Below are positions 27,101 to 42,100 of a DNA stretch of 64,000 bases, in pieces. Under the pieces are notes generated by a model. That model was not told the origin of the DNA and did not search any database. It was given only the letters and a program-made list of their open reading frames with translations. The translations under genes were made by a program, and so were the position numbers. Origin of the DNA: Nageia nagi (taxonomy: Eukaryota > Plantae > Pinophyta). The stretch covers positions 25,482,001 to 25,546,000 of the forward strand of contig JBITNC010000002.1 of assembly GCA_050084985.1 (NCBI GenBank). Reading direction: 5' to 3'. Position 1 is the stretch's first letter. Each line of letters begins with the position of its first letter.

Positions 27101-30100
27101 AATATGCCAGGAAGGAACTTACCAAATGAAACACTTCCATCTCTCATGCTGCATTTTTTAATATTATTTCTTAAGTGTTGAAGTGAGAAAAGCGAATGAG
27201 AATAAAGGAACCAAACACTTCTATCTCTGCTGCTGCTGATTTATCTCTCCAGCTGTGTTCTTTCTCTCCTACTGCGTTCTTTTCACTCCACAAAGCTCCA
27301 AAATGCATGTGGAAATGGTAAAAATGAAAGCTGAAGGGTATAATGGCACAATTTGTTTTTGCTGTGTGAGCTGATTAATCAGCTCAGGATGCGTGTCAGT
27401 CAGGCAATTACAGTGGAAACAGCATATTCGTGAATATGCAATTTTTGCCCCTTTTCAGGGAATTTGGTGTTTTGTTTGACACGCCAATTAAGTGGAAAAA
27501 AACATGAGTTTTAAAACTATGGTTTGTGGAGCCCTTGCATTTTTTGATGTTTGAGAGTAAATGGTTCCTAAGGGTACAAAACTAGACATCTCTACTAAGC
27601 ATGACAAAAGAAGGTTTCAAGTGACTTTTGTAAGCTTTAACACAGACAGTGATATCCGTCCCAAAACGCAAAGTAGGTTGGACACCTAAAGATAAGAAGT
27701 GTTCATTTATCTCCAGCTCTTGGAGAAGACACACGCAACATAGCGTGAGTTTGTGGGAACTTACATTCATTTGACTAAGAGGGATCCAAAGCCTATGGGA
27801 CAGAAACTAAATATAGTTGAGGTGAGTGAAAATGCTGGTAACAATGGACAGGAATGCTTAGCGTAGAATCATCAGAGGATTGAAAGATTGTCAGGCTGTG
27901 ATTTGGTTGACTTGATTATATTGCCAGTACTTGTTCTATTCAACTGATTGACTAATCTCCACGTTGTTAGGAAGGATAATGGGGGGAGCATGCAATGAGT
28001 GCTTACCAATGAAGGAGGATGATTGGGGGAGCTTGCAATGAGTGCTTACCAATGAAGGATATATCTCTTGACCTCTGCGTGAACCCTCATGGTCTTGAGT
28101 ACATACGTGGACACTGAGCATGAAAATGCTCTCAAGGTGAAGAGGTTGGGTTACAAATGTGACTTGTATAATGTATTGAGGAACTGTCTACTCACAACAT
28201 ATCATTCATTGGAGCAAATGTTTTAACTTCTCTCAATATTAGCCCAGTCTGTAGTCCCCAGGCATGATCCCCTAACCTTATAGCCTTAAAAGAATTGTGT
28301 ATTCAATAATATGATCAATGAGCCTTATCTTTGAAGCGGTACATGGGAAATGTATCACTGTTGTTCTTGTATATAAAGAGTGGGCATATCCCTTACAAGG
28401 ACATGATTGGAATCTGTTTTGAGAGTAAGTGACAAAGCTTTGACGTATCTCAACAATGTATGGACCACATGATCTGATTAGGCGCACTTTCGTAAAAAAA
28501 CATAAAACTTTGAGATCCTTGTATGTTGTGTTAGAAGATCATTATTTTAATTCTACGAATTTTGATCTCGAAATGTTGAACATCATTACTGTAGTTCTAC
28601 GAAGGTTTACCTCAATATGAAACATAAGAAAATCCATTGGCAGCATGGAGTATGTTTTAGGGAAAATCTTAAAGCTCATTTATGTATATACCAATGGCTA
28701 TGTGAGATGGGGCTCTCAATTATGGTATCCCAAATCTCATGAGAGAACCCAATAGAGGTTCCCAGTTCAACATGGAACAACAATGGTGTCATAGAACCTG
28801 ATGACATCAATAATGAAAATGTCTAAGACACCGATATTACATATTATTAGTATTATTAGGTGTTTGGATATCATGTTAAAGACTTCTCTAAAGTTGACAG
28901 AGCAACATAAGAGTTTAGAAGACCAGTAACAGCCTCTTTGATCAATAGTCTGATAGTCATTCATGAGTTAGAATACGAGTTGTAGTCCCATGATCATTGT
29001 GAATTTTGTTTGTAATTTTCTTCTAATACTACCTTGTTCCAGGTAAAGGATGGAATGGTTTGTGAACAATAAAAGATGATTTTTGTTTAAAAGTTGGCTT
29101 CATTTTTGTTACAAACGCCTAATCATGGACCAATGTAGCTAATGAAAAAAATGCTTTTTAAAGAACAAATCAATTTCCTAGTTAAGCAAATACTTGGATC
29201 AAAACATATTAAATGTGCTAAAATTTCATATGATCTCAAAATTTCAGACAGGCACTTGCACGAATTATAACCTCCAGAATTTGCATGCAATCAAGAGTTT
29301 AAATATTCGTAGGAAAATCTCTTTAGGTTTGGTTCACATAGTAAAATTCTACAGGAAAATGCCATGAAATCTAGTTTGATAGTGAACCAGTTTTTTCAAT
29401 TACCTAACTCTGTATTATGCATGGATAGATTGTTGCTCTCTTTAGATATGGTAGTCTATTGCCAGAAACGTGTCTTTTTTTTCGTAGATCCTTTGAAAGA
29501 ACCTTTAAATGTGATTAATATTTGGAGTATTGATTTTAACTTACGTAATTGTTTTGACATGTATATTCTATTCTTGCTACAGGGATATGATTCGTGCCAT
29601 TCGTGCATGCAAAACTGCTGCTGAGGAGCGTGCTGTTGTCAAAAAAGAGTGTGCGGCTATACGTACTTCAATGAATGAAAATGACCCAGATTATAGGCAT
29701 CGCAATCTGGCAAAACTCATGTTCATACATATGCTTGGCTATCCCACACATTTTGGCCAATTGGAATGCCTGAAGTTGATTGCATCTGCAGGCTTTCCTG
29801 AGAAACGTATAGGATATCTTGCCCTTATGTTGCTACTTGATGAAAGACAGGAAGTGCTTATGCTAGTTACGAATTCTCTCAAGCAGTATCCTATTAGATA
29901 ATTTCGTTTCCGAATAACCCAATTTTTTTGCAGTAATTTGTTTTTGTCATTTATCATGTGTTCATATTGCTCTTTTTGTAAGGTCCTAATACTCTTTAGC
30001 TTTAATGTTCTCTTTATGAAGGAATGCTTTCGCAATTTTCTTGACAGTTTTTAGGGACTTAAATCATTTGAACCAATACATAGTTGGGCTTGCACTTTGT

Positions 30101-33100
30101 GCACTTGGGAACATATGCTCAGCTGAAATGGCAAGAGATCTTGCTTCTGAAGTTGAGAAACTTCTTCAAAGTAGCAATCCCAACATCCGAAAGAAGGTAA
30201 CATTTATGCTTTCTCATTATTGTAAATGCTACATTATTCAAAATTCTAATTATGTGCAAACTGCAACTAATCCAAAAAGTCAATGTTCCATATATTCCGA
30301 AATGTACTGATTGCTCTTTGTAGTTGAAACATTTTCAGGTTCCAATGATCTCTAGTCTTCAATGTCCAAGTGTATGAATGTAACTTCTGAATTTCATATG
30401 CGGGTACAGAGAAGACATGTTTTCTGATGTCATCTTTGTTGTCTATGCATTGTAGGCAGCTTTATGCTCTGTGAGGATTATAAGGAAAGTACCAGATCTC
30501 GCAGAGAATTTCATGCGACCTGCTAGTGTTTTGCTTAATGAGAAACATCATGGAGTTCTGATTGCTGGCATCCAGCTTTGTACAGAGCTCTGCAAAGCAA
30601 GTTCTGAGGCTGTTGATTATTTACGAAAGGTAAAATGAAAATCTTATGGATTTCCTGTTTCTTTTCAACTTTTCTAGTTGGGCCAAAGCCAATCTGATCT
30701 CGTTTTAACTTTTACTTTGTGAATCACTCTCAACAAGAATTGCAGACCCAATAACAGAAAACCAGCATAAACAAATGAACATACCACACACAGACATTAA
30801 CACAATGGAATGAACTTGAAGAGACTATATTTTTTCACTTCAATGGATCTTTTATTGCTTCCAAATCAGTACAGACAGTCCTGACACATACACCCAACAA
30901 CACAGAAAAAGAAAATTTAAATGTAAAATACATTACATTCTGGGTATGACCCTTCAGTTTCCTAGTGCAAGGTGGATTCTCATGGTGTTTTCTTTATTAT
31001 CACATGTCTCATGGCTAGGAGACACAGTCTTTTTTTATTTTGTTTTTCCAAATTTATTTTTCCAAATTTTTTTATGTCAATTTCCTAGGCATATGATTAA
31101 GCCCTTGGTTGCATGAAGCACATGCCCCTGCAACTGGTCCAAAAACTGGCCCAAAGCCGTTGAAAGGCCATCAAACTCTGTAGATCAGGTCCTCTTCTTG
31201 TTGTTTCACAGATTGCAAGAATTCCTCATGAAGTGATCAACTCTTTAAAACCGTATGGTAACAAAATACATTCCCATACAGGTTTTTTAAAAATCTAGTA
31301 GTTGTTATGCAAATGTTTGTTCATTGATTGGCTTCAAGTTCAAGTGGCCTTTTACTTGATTAGGTTTACCATTGTGAAGCTCAAGTTTCTTCAAACCTGT
31401 TTATTTAGACTTATTAAAGCTGAAGCTGATACATCAGAGCTTTTCTTCATCACAAAGATGGGTGATACTTCATCTGGTACGAGGTATAACAAAATGATTT
31501 GAAAGTCTAAAAAGAGTTGCGGAAACATATCCACAAACATCATCATACTGCTCATGCAGATTATTTATAGGATACTAACATATGGTTGTGCAGATTTTTT
31601 ATGGGATACTAGCACATGGTTGTTTAAAGGAGGTTGCTTCTTGCATATTAGAGGAGGTTGCTTCTTGCATAGTAGAGATGCAAATTCAAACTTGCATTTA
31701 GTGAAATGGTGATGTTGGGATGATGCTAGCATAGCTGCTTATTAGTCAGCATCAGTTGACCACAAAATGGAAAATGTTTGGACACAATATATTGTTAATG
31801 GCTGAAAGATGCTCAAAAATCAAGAAAATACATTGCCATTAGTTAGAGCACTTAACAAAATTTTATACACGAGTAACACGTAATATCACCAGTATAGATA
31901 ACATCAATTGTTAAGGAAGTATATTAATTTTTTTGATGTGATATTATAATTAAATTAAATTAAATTGGTTAATTAGGAGGAATGAGAAATTACAAATACT
32001 CAACTCAACTTGCATACGCAAATATATGTGTGTGTATCACATTCATTTTCAATACAAAAAATGAGAAAGTGTTTGTTGTGTAATTTACATTATTGTGTAT
32101 TGAGCATTATACATGTTGTATAAGAGCAAAAACTGCTTGTGGGCATTTGTGGAGAGACTGAAAAATGCTTTGCAGATTCAAATCCAGTTCATAAGTTTGA
32201 ATCTTACAAGAAGAAAGTTCATGGGGCTTTGTGGTGGTCCGCTGCAAAATAGAAATTGCAATTTCCAACTAAGTTTCAAAGAGAAAGAATAACTGCCACA
32301 AAGCTCCTATTCAAATGTCCACTTTACTGTTCTGCATGCGCTCTTTGTTTGCCTTAACAATGGTACACATATTTGTAAATTTCTGTCTGCTGTTTATGCA
32401 CAAGTCCATTAATGTTCTAAGCGTTGCGAAAGCATTCCATTTCCAGTCAACATATGCATTGCACATGAACAAAATTTACTTAGGTCTCTGCATTTTCCCA
32501 AAAGTTCAGTGTAAGAAGGTTGTTTCCCCATTAGTCTACATATGCACTATTTGTGAGAAAAATATGAATCCTCATCTTTTTTCATATGCTGAAATTGGTT
32601 TCATTTGTTTATTCAAAACTTTTCTGCAAAATTGCTGTCTTGTTTTTTATTCCTCCTGTTTGTCCCAAGTTCCAAATATGTGTCTTTTAAATTTAAAAAA
32701 CAATTGCCATGTGTCAACATTTGAAAAAATTCTGCTTTTGCGCAAACTAATACATTCCATAACATTCGTTCCATATTGTGTGAATGAGGCCAAGTAAAAG
32801 TAATGAAGTTTCAAGGTTGCAAGTATTATGCTTTGCTCTTTTGGTGGAGTAAATATTAGGATGATACACATTATTTTCTGATTTGCACGGATGTGGGATA
32901 TGTTAGACAAGAGTGGATCACACCATTGCTGAGAGTTAAAAAATAAGCACATTTAAAAAATGAAAGTCGGCTCCAAACTCGAACCAGATTGATACATACG
33001 CCATCTGAAAGTTGTCATTCTATTGCAATTTTCTTTTAGTTGGGTTTCGGAATGATCATCATACTCAAAATATTTGTGTGGGTGCTCATGATTGAGGATG

Positions 33101-36100
33101 TAATTGAGCATTGCACTATTGCACAACTCTGGAGAAGTTATCAAAATATTCAAAAATGATCCCAGAACTATTTACTCTTTGAAAGATACAACTTTCACAA
33201 GTATTTGAGCCGATGTTCACATTTTTCTTTGTCAAGGTTGAAGCCAATCACCACTGTGAAGCTAAAAACTTTTTGCTGGCATGCACGCATGTGGATCACC
33301 TTATCTCTAGTCCAAGCTATGGTCATAATCAATAAGTGCAATTTATCCTGTATTGTTTCATCTTACTGTCAAATTTGTTATTAATTGACATCAAGTACAT
33401 GTCAAATTGCGACTTGTAGTCAAAAGCTCAAATCTTTATAACCTGGTCATTTCAAATTTGTTTCAGAAATGATCACCAGTAAGAAGCTCATTTTAAATCT
33501 GTTCCAGAAATTATCACCAATAAGAAGCTTTGAAACCTCAAGACTTGTTTCACACATTTATCTGAGAAATCTATGTTCCACCAAAGAGAACCAAGCACAA
33601 CTACGTAGAGCTGGGAAAATCTTCTTTTGACTCAAAATGTTTGTTGTATGAAAATTTATGATCTTCGAAGTTTCACATGAAAATCAACAAAATAACACAA
33701 AAACATTTATGAAAGTCAAGTAATAAAACTGCCTCCTAGTGCCACTCATTCTATCAACCAGAAAATCGACCGTTGGCACAAATCTGCTAACTATAATTCT
33801 TTGTCCTCTTGCTAGTGGTCACACTTTGGTTTGAAGTTGGTTACCAATTGGAATCAATCATACACCTATTTTGTATGAAAAATTGTTTTCGTGGGAGAAA
33901 CAAAGCCATGCGGACATGGTCATACATGTCAACTTTAGTCATCTCCAAGTCAAAGTCAACACAAAGCGCAACCAGCAGACAGTACACAGGCCAGCAAAGG
34001 CTTGAGTGGGATGTGGCTAACCCTCTCACAAGTGGGCGTAATAGTATACATTCTTAAAAGATTGACTCCCTTTGACCAATGGTGCCAAAATTGATCACAT
34101 GACTTGCCCTCTTCTTTGCCAGTATTGCCACTTGGCACTTTGAGACAGCCCCACTCAAGATCACCTTTGTCAATGTACTGCCAGTGTGGACCTCTTGAAT
34201 GGAAGCCATGACACTCCCACGTTAATTGTCTATATGGTCCCTGACTGCATCACTACCACAAATGCACCCAAAGCCCCACACAAGCTTTGTGCATCTCAAT
34301 TTTAACTTCTGTGCACCTCAACATCACCGTATGGAAAAAAAACTTTGATAGCAACTAAAAATTACATTAGAAAAACACTTTTCTTACACCAAAATTCTGG
34401 CTTAATGGCATCAATTATGCTTGAAACCATTATTAGAATCATAGTTTGACGAACCAAATCTGTAGAAATGCAACAAAAATGAAAATGTCACACAAGCCCT
34501 CCAAAATTGGCCAAACTTTAATATTTTTTAAATTTGCTTCTATTAGTTGTCCTGAAGTCATTGAAACTTTGATGTTATGGTTACGGGATCAAATGACAAA
34601 ATTACAATTGTGCAAAAAGGCATTCTTAGCTAAAATTTGTCAAGAAATTATAGGGATATAGTGTAATGCATCCACCAGCCTTTGGGGGCCATCCTTGTCC
34701 CCAAACTAGGGAAATGATGTAGGGGATGTTTCCCATTACCCCTAGGATGGCCAGTTGAAATTAGGGATGTCCCCAATTCGGTCAGCCTAAATGAACATGG
34801 CCAAGGGATGCCAAATGTGACCCTTGGTCATCTCAAGAATTGTTAGCTGTCCCTAAAGGGAACAAGAATGGGTAAACAATTGATCAGGAAAAAAATAATG
34901 TTTAATAATTAATATTTTAAATGAAAAAAACAAAACTTTTGATGGAGATGGAAATTAAATTATTGAAAACAAATGGAGGTCGAATTCATGTTCTTTTTGT
35001 TTTTATGCTTGATATGGGGTGGAAATAGTGAAGTATAGATGATTGTTAGCTGACATTGTTGTTACCAAACCCTCTTCAACCCTTTGAAAATCCCTTGTAC
35101 TATGTTTACTTTTCCTCAAACTTTGAAGTTGTATTATAGTAGTAACTGTGTAGGTGTTGAATCAAGGGACATTATTGCTGAAGAGGGAGAGAGGATGACC
35201 CCTTGCTTTGTCCTTGCCCAAAATAGAAATTCCTTTCAATTTGAGCATGACTCATTGGGACCTGTAATATTTTAATAATTAATAATTAATAATAAGTAAT
35301 ATTTTAGATATTATAAGTTTTTTTTCTCAATATTTTAATATGTTGTTTCCTTCCCAATGTTGTGGCATTTCCAAAAAATGGCCTACCATCCCCATCTCTA
35401 AAACGCCATGTAACATTGAGAAATTCAAAATTGCATTTTCTTGATAAATCGTATTAGGGCCATATCTTGCAAACTAGGAATAAAACAAATTCTGAATTTC
35501 TTATTGATGCAAAATTCCTCAAACAGGATGTGCACCCTAGGGTGAAAGCTCCTTAAGCTATAATCCCATGATGAAAAGAGTAGAGAATCCCAATGAGTGA
35601 ACGCCATGGGTATTGAAGCAGAAATAAAATACAACAAACATGCGAGTATAGAGGCAAAAATAATATACTCCAAACATGCAAAAAGAATCCAACAAAGTCT
35701 AATAAGAGAATTGATAAAGGTGTATGCCCAAATAGCACAATAAATGATTGTAACGCTTGAAAAAATGATTGTAGCACTTGTTGTGTACAACAATTTGTTT
35801 TGAATTGCATGGTAGGGGTTTTTTATATAACCACAAACATGCAAGTATAGAGGTAGAAATAATATACTCCAAACATGCAAAAAAGATCCAACAAAGTTGC
35901 ATGAGAGAATTGACAAAGTTATGTATGCCAAAATATCACAATAAATGATTGACAATGTTCATCAATATGGTGCATATTTGTAAGGCTTGAAAAATGAGCA
36001 CTTATTGTGTATAACAATTTGTTTTGTATTGCATGGTAGGGCTTTTTTATATAGCCAGATATATTTCCAATTCACCTTAAACATTTTGTAAATTGAAATA

Positions 36101-39100
36101 TACCTATAAAGAAAGTAATCCTTGAAGACACAATCTACCTATATTGATCTGTAAAGAGGGGTAGCCTATGGCTTTGTCATCTCACTACATACAAATCTAT
36201 CCTACTCGAACTTTGAGTGCTTGCGCAAAATATTAGACAACTATAAAACACAAGTAATTGTCAACATAAGATATCAATCACACAAAAGATTGACACAAAG
36301 ATATAACCAGGTTCACCCCGATGTGGGGCTAGTCTAGCAAATAAGTGATTCTTCATTCGATAGATCCTCCATTACAACATCTAAAATGATTAAGAAGCCT
36401 TGCTTCCAACATCCCCATGGAAGCACTCTCAACACCTCTTACAACAATAACAGGTGCCAATTCCACACATACCAAGTCTCCGACATCCTTGACATGCTCC
36501 CTCACAATGTGTATGCCACTTAGCATTATGAGATCTTCCTTGGCATACACACACAAATACAAAACCCATGGACAAAATTCCCCCCATAGGAATTTCAGAA
36601 TCACATGAGCACACTCACTATAATGCACACACATTATAATAACTTACATTTAGCTCCATAATGGAGCTCACACAATGGAGACTCACATACACAAACTCTT
36701 GACACTCAACACTCACTCCCCATTCTCTCTAAGCTCCCTTTTATAATACATAACGGGGCTTAAATTGGAGTTTATGGTTACAAACAATAATATGTGAAAT
36801 ATTCTCTACCACCATATTTATCTCCATTTGCCAACTTTCATAATTCTCATGTATCTCTTCTTAGCCCATATTAGTTTTGGTCAAAACAATAGTAATTATA
36901 GACTACTATTGTTGTGCCAATTTATTATAGCTAAACTCTTTCTTTTAGAATCATATGAATAATACAACTTTGTTTTGCAAATATCTTAGATTTTAACGGA
37001 ATGCCAAATCACCCAAATATCTCCTTGTATGAGCTCTTCAATTGTCTCAGGCCAAGTGGTAGTTAAAAGACTCCACATGCTTCAAATACCATACAAATTC
37101 TTATATTGGGTGGATGGCTTTTGGAGGTGCCACTTGGCAGCTAGGTAGGTGGTCAACACCCTTTGACTGGTTGTTTCCTTTGTCCACGTTTTTCCTTCTA
37201 GAATACTTGGTAGGCTCTTCGAGGCGGCTGACGGTTAGCAACTTGTACACAGTTAGGTCTTCAACTGGCGGTCTTGTTTCCCACATTGGGCCTGTCGGTG
37301 ATGTTGGTGGATGATGGTGCTTAGGTGGCGTTGGTTACTAACAATGGGTCTCCTTTCCACATCAATATCTAGTGGTGGTGCATGCTGGTGCCCATTCTCC
37401 TGACGACTTCCTCCTTTTGGTCTCCATGTTGGTAGCTTACACAGCATGTTATGTGGCGCATAATAAGGGGGCATTTGGCCCCATTGACTTGTAATGCCAA
37501 ACAATTTTGGATTTCCATTTCAATTTAAATGGTATTGTAAACAATATTAATCCTTTGATATTTTAAAACAATTTGAAACTTTTGAAAATATAAATAATAA
37601 TCTTTAATTATTATTTATAAAACCTTCAAACCTCAATAAATTGCACATACGATATCGGATCTTCGAACCGTCGAAGGCATCGAGAAGTTGATGGAGAACT
37701 CTTTGACTTGAAGAGAATAAAACACAATTTTGAGAATTTTTATTTTTATGACTCTGAAATCCATTTCGGATCATATACGAGTAAACTAGCCTTGTTGACT
37801 TTCGCCAAGACTCTTGAAGGCAACAAATTCTCACAAACAAACGACTAGTGGATGCCTCTCTTTACCTAATGGAGAGTCATTTGAGAACCATGATCTCAAG
37901 TATGTAATCAAGTTGACTAGGTTGAGCAAAAAATTGGACATAAACAATATACTATCTAGTCTATATTTTCTAAACATGGGCTACAAATATTTGAACCATA
38001 AATTTAATGATACAATCAACATGGTACAACGTACTTGAACATTTTGAATTTTTTGTACATGTCACTTATTAATTGCAAACTAGACTCCCATGCCTGTGTA
38101 GGATGTGGCGATTTCAATTTGATTGTTGTTGTAAAATAACCAAGAATTGGAGATTACAACATTGTTTGTGTTAGGGTTACTCAAAATTAGAGAAGCTCAA
38201 ATACATAATGAGAAAGTCTATTTGCCATTAAGCTTGTTGGGTGAGATGAACCATATCAGTTGTACATAATGATATGGTTATTAGAATATGATGTAATAGG
38301 TAGTTGTCAAATGCATTGGTCTACATAGTGTAGGATTCATGAACCCTCAAATTGTAATAATGTAAAGGCTACGTGAGGCTACATGAGACTTGCTTTGGCG
38401 CTACTTATTAGGATGGGATCTTGGTGTCCAGAAGAACTTCATGCATTTGGATAAGTTTACATCTAATTGTGCATCAAGGTCATGGATGCATGTCATGTTC
38501 TATGTTGCATGAAATTTTGAGGATGAGGAGGACAAAGTTCGGGGGGACACATTTCGAATTTTGGGTTCGGCTAGGTGACAACAATATTAAAATATATAAT
38601 ATTCTTATGAAATGAATCATTGAATCATATTGTTTAAAGATATTAAACAAAACTTAAAAGTTGAAACATATGAATAATCAATAATGAAAACATAATAAGA
38701 TCTAAATAGTAAATAGTCCATGTGTGATGAGTTATGTAGTATGACTATGAAATCATAATTAGATCTAAAACAAAACATATGAAATCATAATCAGATCTAA
38801 AACAAAACAAAAAGATATGAAATCATAATCATGATTGATCTTTGTCTTCTAAGTCTTCCATAGGATTAGGAATCCTGATATGTTAATCCGCATTATGATT
38901 GCCATTGTTCGAATTTGAATCATCTAGCTTGATTAGTTGGAATCCAACCAATCCCCTGTCCTCCGTTGCATCTATTTGTCTTGCATCCTTAGGGTCAATA
39001 CCCCATCGTGTTGCAGGAAATCATCTACTCTAGTGTTCTTCGATCTTGGAGGTGCAAGCCACTATAAACTGCAACTAGCTTCTTAGCTAATCTAGAGGTA

Positions 39101-42100
39101 AACTATTCCTTTTGATAGAGTGAACCAAGCTACAAGTTTACCAATTCGTCTTAGTAGCAAAGGAACTAACAACTTAAGAAAGGAGGTGAATGGCAAGAGT
39201 ATGTAACAACAAAGTTCCATCTCCATGTAATCGCCACCATCCAATGGGGTATTCTTGGGCAATATTGAATTGATCCACTTTAGCTTCCTGTATGTTGAAA
39301 CCATAACGTATAAGTTCTACGGATCTTACCCTTTGATGATGAATGGTTTGAGCCTCATTAGTAGAATACATATTTCTTATTGCCTTCATAAATCCCCTTT
39401 TCATATCTGCATCCTTAATAGGAGCTATTCTCCTATGTCTTGCCACATACTACTTGGGATTTAATGCATATGTGGATAATGGCCATGGGGAGGGGAGTGT
39501 TCATCTTATTCCATCTATGTTGAACAATAGAAAGAGTCTGTATCGTAGAAATCTAGTGTGAGATCCTTCTCTTAAATGACAACTTTTATGCAACCAATCA
39601 TACTAAGAATGGTCTCATAGATCTCCAAGACTAGGAGTGTTAGTGTTAGCATACTTAAGTACATCAACAACAAATGCTACAAATGATTTAACATATTTTG
39701 CATTTCCCACCAATTATCATCTAACACCATGTGCTTCAGTCTCTTACCCTCATTTGTTTTGGCCTTTGCTTACCTACCCTGCTTAGCACACACAAGAAGT
39801 CCCAAGAAACATAAGGAAAATAAGTTATTGGATAAATTAAAATAAATTAGAAGTTAAAAACTTAGAACAATAAATTAACTAAAATTAGAAGTAAAAATTA
39901 AAGTTACTGAAAAAATAAAAATGAAGTTTTAATTTTTTTTATGAAAACAAAAACAAAACATTTGAGTACCTGAAGATAGCCAAAGAGGTGTAGTGGTTGC
40001 AAATAAACATTTGTACATCTTGTGCATCTAACAACATCTTAACCGATTCAATTTTGTCAATATCCTCATAACAACGAGTCCAAAAAATATGTTTGTAATA
40101 TTGTTGAATCATTCTCCCTGCTAGCTTAGCCTCACGACAATGAGTCCAAAAAATATGTTTGTAATATTGTTGAATCATCCCTCCCTGGTAGCTTATAGAT
40201 TGTGGCTGATACAATAACTATTTGAGTACCTAAAGAGAGCCAAGGAGGTGTGGTGGTTACAAATAACATTTGCACATCTTGTGGCTAATACCATCTTCTT
40301 AACCCATTTAATTTTTGCAATATCCTTCAATGCATACACACAACATCGAGTCTAGGAAATATGCTTATGATATTGTTAAACAATGAGTTTAGAAAATATG
40401 TTTGTAATATTGTTGAACCATCCTCCTTACTAGCTTACACAATCCGGCTATCGATAACTATTTGGACAACATTAAATGTCTCAACCTTATGTATTGCATC
40501 CTTCAAAAGATGAAGTTAGAAGGTTGCATCTTTTTTGTTGCTAGAACAATCAACAACTTTGAAGAAGTATGGGCTTGTTGAATGTTGGAGTTACAGCCGC
40601 TCAAATTGAAGATTCAAGTTCTCTAGTTCAAAATGTGGCCACCACTACACATTTTGTTAGAGTGAAACGCCTATGTGTTTCATACCTTGCGCCTTTCTTG
40701 GAAACGCCTACATGTTTCTTACTACCTTCGTGTTTTGTCAACAATTTTTGGCAGTTATGACATTTATGATATTTTGACTAGTTTTTCTTGCTACCACTTC
40801 GTTTTAGCGTCTGCTACTTTGTACGCGTGATGGGAGATAGTCCTAGTATATGATTGTAACTTCTATTTAGCATTTTTAGTAGGATTTGAGTGGATTTTAT
40901 GTAACAGTTCATAAAGCATTTAGGTTCCTTCATGTAAGCTTCATAAGAGCTCAGTTTCAGTTGCTCAAAAATTATTTCATATTGGTATAAGAGCTTGTAG
41001 ATCTTAGTTGGGTTAGAAAGTTTGTGGGTACTTTGCTAAAACTTATCAAATTTTGCAAAAGGTGATCCAAAAGGGATTGTTGTGAGAGATGAGTTTGTTG
41101 AAGTGTAAGATATGGTTTTTGGAAGTAAATTCTCTCTGCATTCCAGAATTCAATGGAGAGGATTATGGATATTGGGCATTGAAGATGAAGCATTTGCTCA
41201 TTGGAAAAAGGGTGTAGGATACTGTTGAAGATGGTTATGTAGAGCTAGATTGGACCACACTTCCTTAAGTTGATAGGCCTGCTAAGAGAGAGGCCCAAAA
41301 GAAAAATTCTTTTGCAATCTACCATCTTTAATCAGCCTTGGACAAGAGATTGTTCCCAAGGATTGCTAGGTGCAATACAACCAAAGATGCATTGAATGTC
41401 TTGAAAGATGGATTTTAAGGCAATGACCAAGTGAGGATTCAAACTTTAAAGATAGAGTTTGAGAATCTGAAGCAAAAGGAGGATGAGAAAGTTGAAGAGT
41501 ACTGTGTAAGAGTTAAGACATTTGTTCAAATGATTGAGACACTTGGAGAGGGGGTCAAAAATGCAATTGTGGTGAAGCAAGTATTAAGAACATTTCTTCC
41601 AAAATGGAGCCAAACTGCTATTATGTTTGAAGAAGGTGACACTAGTTCTTATGGTCAAGGGGGAGCTCAAGGAAGAGGAAGAGGTAGATCTTCTAGAGGA
41701 AGTGGAAAGAGAGGTGGCTTCCAAGGTAGAAGAGGCTTCCAAGTAAGAGGAAGAGGTGATTCTCCAAGAGGTGACAAGAAAAGCAAAGAATGTTACTATT
41801 GTAATAAATTTGTTCATTATGAAAGGGAATGTAGATTGAAGGCTTCTCAAGAAGGAGGCCAAAGTGTACACTATGGTTAGGAGGATGGATCCTCCACTTT
41901 GTTCTTATCTTATGCCAATGCAACCCAAAAATTGGATGAGACATGGCTCCTTGACACGGGTTGCTCCAACCACATGACTGACAAGGGAGATTTGTTTTGT
42001 GTCATGGATAACTCCTACAAGTCCAAGATAACACTTGACAAAGCCATTCAAGTTGAAGGCATGGGAGCTAGGTGTTTACAAATGAAGGTAACAAGAAGGT

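Larger units (their letters stand above)
21460..27521 (-). mobile_element. hAT-superfamily DNA transposon (BED finger + DUF659 + dimerisation domain), pseudogenised, in intron 1
   Basis: Perfect 8-bp TSD GTTTGTGG (21452-21459 and 27522-27529); termini CATGGTT.. / ..AACTATG. Minus-strand remnants include [61 protein letters not shown] and [15 protein letters not shown]. Confidence 0.9.

Noticed and set aside
29530-30310. ORF-track calls 29530..29901 and 30041..30310 as complete genes
   Set aside because: They are AP1G exons 2 and 3 with intronic read-through.
32315-35955. Longer Cys/Phe-rich ORFs 32315..32797 and 35425..35955
   Set aside because: No recognisable homology. The second arises from a tandem duplication; both are consistent with chance ORFs.
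38120-38585. Small solo LTR or TRIM
   Set aside because: TG..CA-like ends, but no TSD or second copy to support it.
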